Position numbers and translations under genes: made by a program. Positions 15,227-25,100 of a stretch of DNA of 64,000 bases are shown in pieces (position 1 is the first letter of the stretch; each line of letters opens with the position of its first letter). This DNA is from an uncultured Ignavibacteriaceae bacterium. GTDB lineage: Bacteria > Zixibacteria > MSB-5A5 > GN15 > PGXB01. Under the pieces are notes generated by a model that worked only from the letters and a program-made list of their open reading frames with translations, did no database searches and was not told the origin of the DNA. The stretch covers positions 35,866-99,865 of the forward strand of contig CAYWLR010000001.1 in NCBI GenBank assembly GCA_964459465.1, read 5' to 3'.

Positions 15227-17035
15227 ATGACGACGGAATTTTATGAAGATGAAAAAGCCCAGGCCGAGAAGGACATTAAATCCTCCCAGGCCTTCAAGCG
15301 GCTGTTGCCGTTTATTGCCCGCCACAAGCGGCGTCTGGCCGCCTGCCTGGCGCTTTTGACGGTCGGGACGCTGCTTTCGATATACTGGCCGATTCTGATA
15401 AAGCAGGCGCTTGACGTTGATATAAAAAACAATGACATCCGCGGACTATTAATGACGGTGTTGATGATTGCCGGCATTCAGGCCGCGACATTGGTTATAC
15501 AATTCATCCAAAGGGTCTGGCTGGAAACGGTCGGGCAGGACATCATGCTGGAGCTCAAGACGCGCCTGTTCGATCATGTCTTGTCACTCGACGTGTCGTT
15601 TTTTGACAAGAACCCGGTCGGCCGACTGCTGGCCCGGATTGAGTCGGACACCGAATCGCTCCGAATGCTTTTTACCAACACGGTTGTCCTGCTGGTCGGC
15701 GACGTTATCCTGATCACGGGCATATATGCCGTCATGTTTTATTACAGCTGGCGGCTGGCGGCGATTCTGGTGCTGATCGTCCCGATTATTTCCGCGATGG
15801 TTTTTGTTTTCGAGCGGAAAACCAGTCCACGGTTTCTGGAAGTCCGTAAGCGCATGGCCGAGGTGACGGCAACGTTGACCGAGTTTCTGCACGGTATGTC
15901 GATCGTCCAGATTTTCCACCGCGGTCAGTATGCCCGGGACCGGATCAATACGGCCAACGAAAGAAAATTCACCGAGGACGTTTTTGTCAATACGGCCGTG
16001 ATACTGTTTTTCAATACGGTGTTCTTTCTGCAGTATGTTATGATCGGGCTGGTACTGTTTTTCGGGGCCTTGTGGATCAGCCAGGGACTGCTTACGGTCG
16101 GGACGATCAGCATGTTTATCATTCTGATCTGGCGCTCGTTTGATCCGATCTGGCGGGCTTCGGAACAGTTGGCGAATATCCAGAAAGCCATCGCCGGGGC
16201 CAAGCGGATTTTTGCGCTCTTGAGCGAAAAATCCAGTCTGCCCGACCCGGTGCATCCGGTGGCCTGGCCGCGACTGGAAAGCTCGATTCGTTTCGAGAAC
16301 GTCTGGTTTTCGTACACCGGTGACGACAACTATGCTCTTAAAGCCGCTACTTTCGAAGTTCCCAGAGGGCAACGGCTGGCGCTGGTCGGCATGACCGGCG
16401 GCGGCAAGACGACCGTTATATCACTTTTACTGCGCATGTATGACCCGCAGAAAGGGCGGATACTGGTGGACGGCATCGATATACGCGATATATCCAAAAC
16501 CGAACTGCGGCGGCGGTTCGCGCTGGTATTGCAGGATATATTCCTCTTTCCCGGGGACATCCGGTCGAACATCTCACTTGACGCCGACGACGTCACCGAA
16601 GAGCAGATAGTCGGCGCCGCGCAGACGGTTGCGGCCGACCGGTTTATTGGCCGTCTGCCGCAGATGTATAAGACCGAAGTGTCCGAAAAGGGCGCCAATT
16701 TCAGTCGGGGGGAAAGACAGCTTTTGTCGTTCGCCCGGGCGCTCGTGGTCAACCCCGACGTGTTACTTTTGGACGAGGCCACCAGTTCGGTCGATCCCGA
16801 GACGGAACGGACCATCCAGGAATCGCTGAAACGTTTGATGGAGGGCCGCACGTCGATAATAATCGCGCATCGCCTGTCAACCATTCTGGATGTGGATCAG
16901 ATTCTGGTGATCAGGCGGGGCGAGATAATAGAACGAGGAACACATATAGAACTTATTTTGCAGAACGGCTATTATTCAAAGCTGTTTCATCTGCAGTTTA
17001 AGAATAGAAACGGGGTGGTAACCCATGCTGGATAA
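15227..17035 (+). CDS. ABC exporter, fused permease/ATPase (type I exporter half-transporter, subunit 1)
   Basis: Six-TM exporter domain, Walker A GMTGGGKTT, signature FSRGERQLL and Walker B LLLDEATS. ATG at 15227 preferred over TTG at 15218. Confidence 0.9.
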   Translation: MTTEFYEDEKAQAEKDIKSSQAFKRLLPFIARHKRRLAACLALLTVGTLLSIYWPILIKQALDVDIKNNDIRGLLMTVLMIAGIQAATLVIQFIQRVWLETVGQDIMLELKTRLFDHVLSLDVSFFDKNPVGRLLARIESDTESLRMLFTNTVVLLVGDVILITGIYAVMFYYSWRLAAILVLIVPIISAMVFVFERKTSPRFLEVRKRMAEVTATLTEFLHGMSIVQIFHRGQYARDRINTANERKFTEDVFVNTAVILFFNTVFFLQYVMIGLVLFFGALWISQGLLTVGTISMFIILIWRSFDPIWRASEQLANIQKAIAGAKRIFALLSEKSSLPDPVHPVAWPRLESSIRFENVWFSYTGDDNYALKAATFEVPRGQRLALVGMTGGGKTTVISLLLRMYDPQKGRILVDGIDIRDISKTELRRRFALVLQDIFLFPGDIRSNISLDADDVTEEQIVGAAQTVAADRFIGRLPQMYKTEVSEKGANFSRGERQLLSFARALVVNPDVLLLDEATSSVDPETERTIQESLKRLMEGRTSIIIAHRLSTILDVDQILVIRRGEIIERGTHIELILQNGYYSKLFHLQFKNRNGVVTHAG

Positions 17036-18818
17036 AATAAAATGGTTCTGGAGATATTACCGGCGCTATCGTTATGTGCTTGCCGTGCTGATATTGTTGA
17101 CCCCGCTTCAGGCGGCCTTCCAGGTTACCATACCGCGCCTGATTGAATTCATGATCGATTTTGTCAAAACCGGGGAACTGGCCAATAGTGTCGCTATCCG
17201 GTTGAATGAAATCGGCGCCGGGCTGGGTCTGACAACGGCGGCGACCTTCATGCTGGCGCTGATCATGATCGGCTTTATCGCCAGTTTCCTGTACGCCTTC
17301 GTCCAGGGACACCGGGCGTGGATGAACCTCCGGCTGGAATGGTTATTCCGTCAGGAGGCCTTCAACGATATTACAGGCAAGGGACCGGATTTCTTCAATC
17401 GCTTTCGAACCGGTGATTTGGTTACACGGTTGACCGATGACGTGGCCGAAAAGCTGTCGTGGTTTGCCTGTTCCGGGATATTCCGGGCCTATGAAGCCCT
17501 TATGATGGTTACCTTTTCGCTGGCCATGATGATGAGCATCGACCCCAAGCTGACGCTGTTTTCGGCCGGGCCGCTGCCGATACTGATAATCATCTTCTTT
17601 AAAAGCGCTTCGGTGCTGGAGAAACGTTATGACTATCTGCAGGGCCGCATCTCGCGCTTCAACGACGTCATGGAAGCCTGCTTTTCAGGGATACGCGTGG
17701 TCAAGGCCTATGCCCGCGAAGATAAACAAAAAGCGGAATTCGACACGGCCGCCAAAAACCGCCGCAAGGCCGAGATCTCATCGATCAAGGCCACGACTAT
17801 AGTCGAATCGATGTACATGTACATCTGGCAGTTCAGCATCATTATCGTGCTGCTGGCGGGCGGGTATATGGTCATCACCAGCGGGCTGTCGCTGGGCAAG
17901 CTGGTAGCTTTCATATATTACGTGGTTTACATGGTTTTCCCGATGTTCGACATCGGGCAATTCCTGGTGAAATCACGGCAATCGGCGGTTTCAATTGAAC
18001 GATTGAAGGCGCTGGCCGATGTCCCGCCGATGGTCGAGGATTCCGGGAATGTCACCCTCAACGGGGATCGTCCGGGTCATATCCGTTTCGAAAACGTTGA
18101 ATTCAAGTTCCCTGAATCCGAGCGCAAGATTATCGACCGGATTTCAATGGATATCACCCCCGGGCAGACGGTGGCACTGGTCGGCAAAGTCGGTTCCGGC
18201 AAAAGCTGGCTGACCAACATGATTCCGCGACTGGTCAACCCGACCGGAGGGAATATCCGCCTGGATGGCCGCGATTTGCGGGAGTTTTCGCTGGCTGATT
18301 TACGCCGGATAATCGGTTATGTCCCGCAGGAGCCGACACTGTTCAGCGATACGGTTAAAAACAACATCCTCTTCGGACGGACCGATATTTCCGAGGAGGT
18401 GCTCAATTGGGCCGTCGATGTGGCGCAGCTTAGAGATGAAATCGCGACTTTTCCCAAGGGATTGGACACGCCGATCGGGACACGAGGGATGTCCATTTCC
18501 GGCGGCCAGAAACAGCGGCTGTCGCTGGCCCGTGCCCTGGCCGGAAAACCGCGCATCCTGATTCTGGATGATTGCACCTCGGCGCTGGATTCGCGTACCG
18601 AGGATGCCTTATGGAATCGTCTGCACGAAGTGATGCCCGATATGTCGGCGATACTGATCACGCATCGCCCGGATACCCTGCGCATGGCTGACCGGATATT
18701 CGTTCTCGATGGCGGTCACCTGGTGGAATCGGGAACCCACGATGAGTTGATTCAATCGGGTGGGCAGTACGCCCGGATTTATCGACGTTACGAATTGACC
18801 GAGCAGGTCAGCGGATAA
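17025..18818 (+). CDS. ABC exporter, fused permease/ATPase (subunit 2 of a heterodimeric pair)
   Basis: Overlaps the upstream gene by 11 nt. Walker A GKVGSGKSW, signature ISGGQKQRLSLARAL and Walker B LILDDCTSALD. Confidence 0.9.
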   Translation: MLDKIKWFWRYYRRYRYVLAVLILLTPLQAAFQVTIPRLIEFMIDFVKTGELANSVAIRLNEIGAGLGLTTAATFMLALIMIGFIASFLYAFVQGHRAWMNLRLEWLFRQEAFNDITGKGPDFFNRFRTGDLVTRLTDDVAEKLSWFACSGIFRAYEALMMVTFSLAMMMSIDPKLTLFSAGPLPILIIIFFKSASVLEKRYDYLQGRISRFNDVMEACFSGIRVVKAYAREDKQKAEFDTAAKNRRKAEISSIKATTIVESMYMYIWQFSIIIVLLAGGYMVITSGLSLGKLVAFIYYVVYMVFPMFDIGQFLVKSRQSAVSIERLKALADVPPMVEDSGNVTLNGDRPGHIRFENVEFKFPESERKIIDRISMDITPGQTVALVGKVGSGKSWLTNMIPRLVNPTGGNIRLDGRDLREFSLADLRRIIGYVPQEPTLFSDTVKNNILFGRTDISEEVLNWAVDVAQLRDEIATFPKGLDTPIGTRGMSISGGQKQRLSLARALAGKPRILILDDCTSALDSRTEDALWNRLHEVMPDMSAILITHRPDTLRMADRIFVLDGGHLVESGTHDELIQSGGQYARIYRRYELTEQVSG

Positions 18819-18836
18819 AACGGCCCCAAAAGCCGT

Positions 18837-18869
18837 GGGGGACAAGCTTTCCAGCTTGTCCCCCTTTTT
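18837..18869 (+). terminator. Intrinsic terminator after the ABC exporter operon
   Basis: 11-bp stem GGGGGACAAGC/GCTTGTCCCCC with a 6-nt loop, followed by TTTTT. Confidence 0.85.
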
Positions 18870-18959
18870 GCGTTTAATGGGCTGGCATTTAAACGCAAAG
18901 GTTGATTTTTTATACCGCGGTCGGGCCAAAAGGCCTATGCGCGGTACATCCGGGAGTCG

Positions 18960-21209
18960 TCAACCGCACGCCGGCGGCGGTCCGGGTGGATCGCCATACA
19001 GATGGTCTATCATATTCAGGATATGCAGAAGGTTCAGGCTACCCTGGCTGAAATCAATTGCCTGTCCCTGCACCGGGTCCTGACCGGCAGAATTTACATA
19101 CAGCTGTTCAATCATGGCAAGAATATCAAGAAGATTAAGGCGGCCATCATAGTTGAAGTCACCGCACAGGAAACCATCGTTGGTGATATGCATTGTGACG
19201 GGGATAATCAGGTCCGGTATGGGATTTTCTTCAATGGGATTATGAATATATATATCAATCGTGTCTTGATAATCCCGACATTCCAGGTTGGCCGGGGAAA
19301 TAAAAAGAAGCAGCCATCCGGGGGCAATAAAGGCCGTGTCACTATAGACGATGGAAATCCAGTCGCTTCCTTCGAGGCCGGTCGGCCAAAATTCAAGAGT
19401 ATCGCCATGAACTTCTTCGATGCTAACGGCGATATAGAAACTCGAATCTGCCGGGGTCCGGTAGAAATCAATCGAAGACGGACTGGCGAATAGTTTGGGC
19501 GGTATTGTTTCGACGACGTTCAGACGAACCGGCACTTTAACCGTCTCCCAGCGGGCTTGTTCAAAAACGTCATCGATATATACCGTGTCGTTGTACTGCC
19601 CGACGTTCAGATTCGCGGCATTCAATCCGTATCGCACGAAATGAGGCGTAAGATATTCCGCATTGCCGGAGTCAATGACGGTCAGCCAGGCTTCAATATT
19701 GGAAAGTTGGAACTCGACTTGCCTGTTATAGGCGTCATATACGACGAAACCGGCCAGGTCTTCATGTCCGATAATTACGGTTTTGTCTATTTCTTCGGGA
19801 AAAACCCTGATGTCGATATTACCCGGCGATTCATTGATTGTCATAACGACCGGCAGTTTGACCGGTTCGAACGACGGCGGTTCGTCGGCGCTTGTTATTA
19901 TAAGCGTGTCCACATAGATTCCGGGGGATAAGGAAGCGATTACGGTGAACTCAACCGAATCGGGAGTCGTGTAAACCTGCGGTCCTCCGACAAGAGCCAG
20001 CCATGGACTGGCAAACATAAACGACGCCGTAAACAGATACGCATCATGCAATCGGTCATACACCAGCAATGCACAACTCCGGGATTCGTTTTCGTACAGG
20101 GAAATTCCGAAGTATGCCGGATGAACGCTGATAAAGGCTTGATCGGGAGCGAGATCAAGAGCTATCGGGACGAATACCGGCGCTTCCCAAACCGAATCAT
20201 ACGGACTATAAATCTCAATGGAGTCGGTATAAAAGCCGGGCTCGATATCGGCCGTATTGATTGTGAAATAAACAACGCCGGGGGTTTCAGGAATGACCGC
20301 GTAGGCGGGGTCAAACTCAATTATGCTTGCCTCATGCACGGTGCGATACATGAAAGGTTCGATCATACCATGACTTTCCATAACCACCAGCGAATCCGCG
20401 ATTATGTCACTCTGGCGGGCCACGAATCGGAAATAGCTTGGGGCAGTGTAAACATCCGGAAGATTATAACCGACCGATATCGTAACGGGCACTTTGACTT
20501 CAAAATACGGCGAACCATCGTCAAGCGGGTTATAAATGAGGATAGAGTCGATATAAAGTCCCGTATCAAGACCTTCAGTGTCGATCTTGAAAAGGATGGT
20601 ATCGGGCATGGTGCCGCTTTCGGAGTCGCCCTGGAATTGAAGCCATGAAGAATTATTGATTAATTCGGCCCGATAGGGTAATTCATAGCCTCTGTTTTCA
20701 TATACGAATAGCGAAATATTCTCAACCGACTCGCCCGGCGACAAATCAAGATTAAAAAAGCGGGGGATGGTACTGACATACGCCTGGGACGGATAACCCC
20801 CCTGGATCATGGTGACGATTACACGAGCCATGCCAACATCGCCATCGGCCTGTATCCGGATCGTGTCCTCATGCGTCCCCGGTTCCACCATGTCGAAAAA
20901 GACCAGATAGTTGACCGAATCGGGCGTTATCAGCGGAGAATTGAGGATGGTGTCCGGTTGAAGCCAATCGGTGGCGTTCCATACCCAAAAACTGACCGGA
21001 TCGCCAAGGCTGTCATTTACCCAAAAAGACAACGCGGCCGGACCGCCGTCCGGGTAATCATCGCTGTTGACCGTAATCGCATCCGGTATGGCGGTTAGTT
21101 GATTGGTGTAGGCATAAATACTGGCGGATAGAAGCGTGGATATCCCGATTGCAATAAAAAACAAATACGCCAAAGCATGGGATTTAGTACGGTTGACCAT
21201 AACAGTCAC
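18960..21209 (-). CDS. Secreted protein with six tandem ~105-aa beta-sandwich-like modules and a C-terminal dockerin-like module
   Basis: Signal anchor. The modules end in a recurring G-x-Y-x-D-[ST]-I-x-I....V-x-[VL]-P-V pattern (YIDSILIY..VKVPVTISV, YTDSIEIY..VFVPIALDL, YVDTLIIT..VKLPVVMTI, YNDTVYID..VKVPVRLNV, YQDTIDIY..LIIPVTMHI). Confidence 0.8.
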   Translation of the reverse strand: MTVMVNRTKSHALAYLFFIAIGISTLLSASIYAYTNQLTAIPDAITVNSDDYPDGGPAALSFWVNDSLGDPVSFWVWNATDWLQPDTILNSPLITPDSVNYLVFFDMVEPGTHEDTIRIQADGDVGMARVIVTMIQGGYPSQAYVSTIPRFFNLDLSPGESVENISLFVYENRGYELPYRAELINNSSWLQFQGDSESGTMPDTILFKIDTEGLDTGLYIDSILIYNPLDDGSPYFEVKVPVTISVGYNLPDVYTAPSYFRFVARQSDIIADSLVVMESHGMIEPFMYRTVHEASIIEFDPAYAVIPETPGVVYFTINTADIEPGFYTDSIEIYSPYDSVWEAPVFVPIALDLAPDQAFISVHPAYFGISLYENESRSCALLVYDRLHDAYLFTASFMFASPWLALVGGPQVYTTPDSVEFTVIASLSPGIYVDTLIITSADEPPSFEPVKLPVVMTINESPGNIDIRVFPEEIDKTVIIGHEDLAGFVVYDAYNRQVEFQLSNIEAWLTVIDSGNAEYLTPHFVRYGLNAANLNVGQYNDTVYIDDVFEQARWETVKVPVRLNVVETIPPKLFASPSSIDFYRTPADSSFYIAVSIEEVHGDTLEFWPTGLEGSDWISIVYSDTAFIAPGWLLLFISPANLECRDYQDTIDIYIHNPIEENPIPDLIIPVTMHITNDGFLCGDFNYDGRLNLLDILAMIEQLYVNSAGQDPVQGQAIDFSQGSLNLLHILNMIDHLYGDPPGPPPACG
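18963..19166 (-). other. Dockerin-like module (second loop degenerate)
   Basis: CGDFNYDGRLNLLDILAMIEQLYVNSAGQDPVQGQAIDFSQGSLNLLHILNMIDHLYGDPPGPPPACG. Confidence 0.7.
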
Positions 21210-21328
21210 CTCCGTTAAAGAATTAAAGCCTTTAAATCCCTTAGCTTTTGTGCGATATATAAAACCTGCTTTATATAGTCGGCCGATAGATTCACGAAGC
21301 GGAGCCGAATTAATTCACTGCAAAAACT

Positions 21329-21357
21329 AATATAGTCACAGTATGGATATTTGTCAA
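21329..21357 (-). promoter_or_regulatory. Sigma70-type promoter TTGACA-N17-TATATT (minus strand) for CDS 18960-21209
   Basis: Plus-strand tgtcaa at 21352-21357 and aatata at 21329-21334. Confidence 0.45.
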
Positions 21358-21402
21358 GCAAAAAATGTCGTTCTACAAGTTCTTACCTAATCACGAGGTC
21401 AT

Positions 21403-22032
21403 CTAAGTTCTGACAATTCCCATTATCTTGTCGATTAGCCCGAGCACGTCGAGAAGGTCAAAGCGATTATCATGGTTATAATCGCCACCCGGACGAATCG
21501 GAAGCGCCGAAGAATTAGTATTGTAAATATTTGTTATCAGGAATACGACGTCGAGCATATTGACCCGGCCGTCGCCGTTGGCATCGCCGGACCCTTCGCC
21601 CCGAAGATAAACCCAGCCGTTCACCCAGATTTCGCATTTACCGGGCAATACGCAATGGATATGGTAACGATGCTGGGTACTGTCGTACACGAGTCCGTAG
21701 CCTCTGATAAAGTCTCGCCGGTCGATTTCAAGCTTCATAACGGGGCCGATAAAACCTTCCATTTCGGCAATGATTTCATAAGACAGCGGTTCCATTATTG
21801 TATTGACCCGCATGCTGGCGGGTTCAATATCCTCGACACTATATGGGGCAATATTCCCGAAATATATGGTATTGGTCGGATCGCCGAACATCCAGGCATC
21901 CATGACAAATGTCGGGTCCGGCTGCATGATGGCCAGTGGCTGTCCGAATGTCGCCGGGACAACAAAAAGGAACACTAAAAAGAATGTGATTAGCAGCCTT
22001 TGAATATTATTGGTGTTTCCGGTCATAGCCAC
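21403..22032 (-). CDS. Small secreted protein with C-terminal dockerin-like module (no Cys bracket)
   Basis: Signal peptide (LLITFFLVFLFVVPATFGQ), a ~140-aa domain of unknown function, then GDANGDGRVNMLDVVFLITNIY...GDYNHDNRFDLLDVLGLIDKIMG. Confidence 0.75.
   Translation of the reverse strand: MAMTGNTNNIQRLLITFFLVFLFVVPATFGQPLAIMQPDPTFVMDAWMFGDPTNTIYFGNIAPYSVEDIEPASMRVNTIMEPLSYEIIAEMEGFIGPVMKLEIDRRDFIRGYGLVYDSTQHRYHIHCVLPGKCEIWVNGWVYLRGEGSGDANGDGRVNMLDVVFLITNIYNTNSSALPIRPGGDYNHDNRFDLLDVLGLIDKIMGIVRT
21406..21588 (-). other. Dockerin-like twin EF-hand module (variant, lacks flanking cysteines)
   Basis: GDANGDGRVNMLDVVFLITNIYNTNSSALPIRPGGDYNHDNRFDLLDVLGLIDKIMGIVRT. Confidence 0.65.
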
Positions 22033-22151
22033 CTCCCTTTAGAACACGTTTAAATTTCAATAATGACGCCGTTGCCCAATGGCAGTAATCAAAATCGACA
22101 TGTAATTCGGTCCCAAACTTCCGGCGGGTACATATATCAAAAAATAACGTC

Positions 22152-22184
22152 AAAAAAAAGCGCCGTCAAGATAAATGACGACGC
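22152..22184 (-). terminator. Intrinsic terminator after CDS 22199-25252 (minus strand)
   Basis: 9-bp stem with one mismatch (GCGCCGTCA/TGACGACGC), followed on the minus strand by an 8-nt U-run. Confidence 0.6.
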
Positions 22185-22198
22185 TTTATGCTCATTTT

Positions 22199-25100
22199 TT
22201 ATGGGCACTGCGGTTCGGGGCCGGGCGGCTGGTCATACAGGTATGATATAAGTGCCAGAACGTCAATTAAATTGATATTGCCATCGGCATTAACATCACC
22301 GGCTTCGGGCGGTTCCGGAGCCGGACCGGCCGGACTATCATACAGATGTGAAATTACATATAATATATCGAGCAAATTGACGGCTTCGTCATTATTGACA
22401 TCCCCGCAGATAAATTGAATCAATGGCATAACCGTCAGTTCCACCAAAATTGTTATTGGATTCTTGGCGGGGTCGGGATCATTGCTGGAGATGTCCACCT
22501 GTGCGTTATAGATGCCTTTATCCAAACCGGTCGTCAGGATTTTAATCTCAACCGTGTCGGCCGCGCCGGGCAGGATTTGTCCGTAAGATTTGATCGACGA
22601 CAGCCATTCGACCCCGGTATCCTTCAGGTCGGCCGGTTCAGAAAGGCAGCTCTTTCCCGGCACCGATGAAGCAGATAACTCGTAATAGAGACGGCCATCA
22701 CCCGCATTGGATATGACAAGTTGTTCGGAAGCCGAATCGCCCTGGAGCAGAACCTGATTGATGGCAATCGGCTGGACATTGATGGCGGGTGCGAAATCGA
22801 TGCCGATATCATCGACAAACCAGTCATCATAATTTCCGGCGGTAGCGGTATTGCGAATCCGTAAACGGAAGGCGGCATGATAGGCCTCGGGCGGCAGAAT
22901 CATATGACCATGAGAAAACTCGGTGGTGCCTGTCCCATCTCCCATATAAGTTTGCAGATTACTCCAGCCGCCTGACGAATTCTTGTATTCGAAATATAGA
23001 TTGTCTCCGATATCGGGCGGATCGGCGTTCCCGCCGGGCTGGTAGAAAAACGATACCTGGACGTCAGCAAGGCCCCGCAAATCCATAACCTGCGTTATGA
23101 CCGTGTCGGCCCCGCCGGGTATGCCATCAAAATTAAGGCTATACGGCGATGAGGGTTCGTTGAAACCACCATCATTAATGGCCGCCCCTGATGATCTATA
23201 GAGCCATTTGTCGAGGTCAAAAAACGTCGCTGGGAAAGTGTCATAGAACGGCAGAGCAATGGGCTGTCCTTCAGAAATTGCCTTCAGGTTGACGGCATCG
23301 GAAATCGAATTATCGGCCACCGACGTAGCCGTGATTTCCGCCAGGTCTAAATCACCATAGGCCGTACCCTGAACTTCAATCGCCGCCTTAAAATTAAACG
23401 TGTTGCCGTGCGGGATAAGTCCGGAAGTGCTTATCTGCATTGTCCCCGTTTGATCCCAGATCGAAACCGGCCATAATCCGGAAGTAACCTGTAAACTGTA
23501 TGAATCATCATAAGCGCCGTCGTTGGTGAGCGTCAGGTCAAACCAGGCCGTATCCAGCTTAATCGCGTAACCGGAATCAATAGCCGCGTTCAGGCTCACT
23601 CCGAAATTGAGGACATTGAATGAATATGTTACGGTCGTGTCGGCCGATCCGGCGGTATTAATGGCATAGAGGTAATAATTTATGCCGGTTCCGGGTGACT
23701 GGGCCGGAATATAACCACGATATTCATCGGGTTGCCCGGTCGCCAAAAGCGTATCCTTATACCAAATGGTCGCGATCCGGTAATACAACAACAGAGAATC
23801 GGCCACCAGCGGATGGCTGCTTGTGATAACGGCGTTAACGGCATAATCGTTGAGAGTATCGGCCGTATTGGCCAGTGGCGTATGCGCGATTGCGATGGTG
23901 CTGGAGGGATCAAAGCCGTCAAGAATTGTGGTAGAAGTGTTGTCCGGGTCGAGCCAGTCGCGCAGACGGTTTGAGGATGATCCGCCACCTGTCCAAGACA
24001 ATGAAAATTTGCCATACCAGTCGGCCGAAATATTGTCGCATGAGGCATAGCCCCCGTGAAGTTGACCGACAATTCGGTGATTCTGGTCGAAAAGGGGCGA
24101 CCCCGAAGAACCACCCTCGGTGGTGCCGTCTTCCCAATTGCCTACCCGCCAATGAGTCGTCCCGCTGGTGGACAGGTAGTTGGCCGACGTCACGGCGTTG
24201 TAATCGAACGAAATTTTCTTGATATCGCCGCTGGGATGATGGATGCCGGTCGAGGAGGTCGAGGCCACGTTGACGGCCGACCACCCGGCGTAATATACGT
24301 TGTATGAGGGAGGAGGAGTTTCATCCAGTTCCAGCAGGCAGAAGTCGGAGGTGGAATAGTTCGCGCGCAGAGTTGAACCCTGCACAGTCATATAGGTCGG
24401 ACCGTTGATATTAGCGCAGGTGGGACTTTCATAATTGAACATGAAAATCCAAGTGTCCGAACCGGGCAAACAATGATTGGCGGTCAAAAAGTATGGTGTC
24501 TGGTCCTGGCGAACATTGTTGACCAGGGCCCCGGAACATATACGTGAGCCCCCGGCCGTTAGAATCATGGCCACAGCCCGTTTTTCCAACTGCCACGGTT
24601 CGCCTTCGGGGCAGTTGACATTATTATTGCACGATCCGGAACTGCCGAAACCCATGGCTTCTTTTACGACGTCGCGATTAAACAGGTCGCGATAGGCATG
24701 GACGACCGATGATATGGCTATTATCCCCCGGCCGGCCACTTCTTTCGGCTCATAATATTCCAGTATGCTGATATCACCCTTGACCGGAGCGGTTGCAAAA
24801 CGTTCGTGCTCCTTGTTATTATCCGAAGTAAAGGCCCCGATCACATGAGAGCCATCGGCATTGTAAATAAACAGCCGGGCGCCTTCGGGAAGATAGTATC
24901 GTTCATAAATAAGGTTTAGCGAATATGCCCCCGGCGAAGAAATCTTGAGTCGCCATAAACGGTCGCCGTTGGACAGAATCTCCCAGGTCCCGGAGTTGTC
25001 GAGCGTGTAATCGACATCCATCGGGGCACCGAAACGATATGGAATATCTTTAAAGGAGTCGAGAGAATCCTGGGTTTTATAAGCGGCGACATCAACAGCC

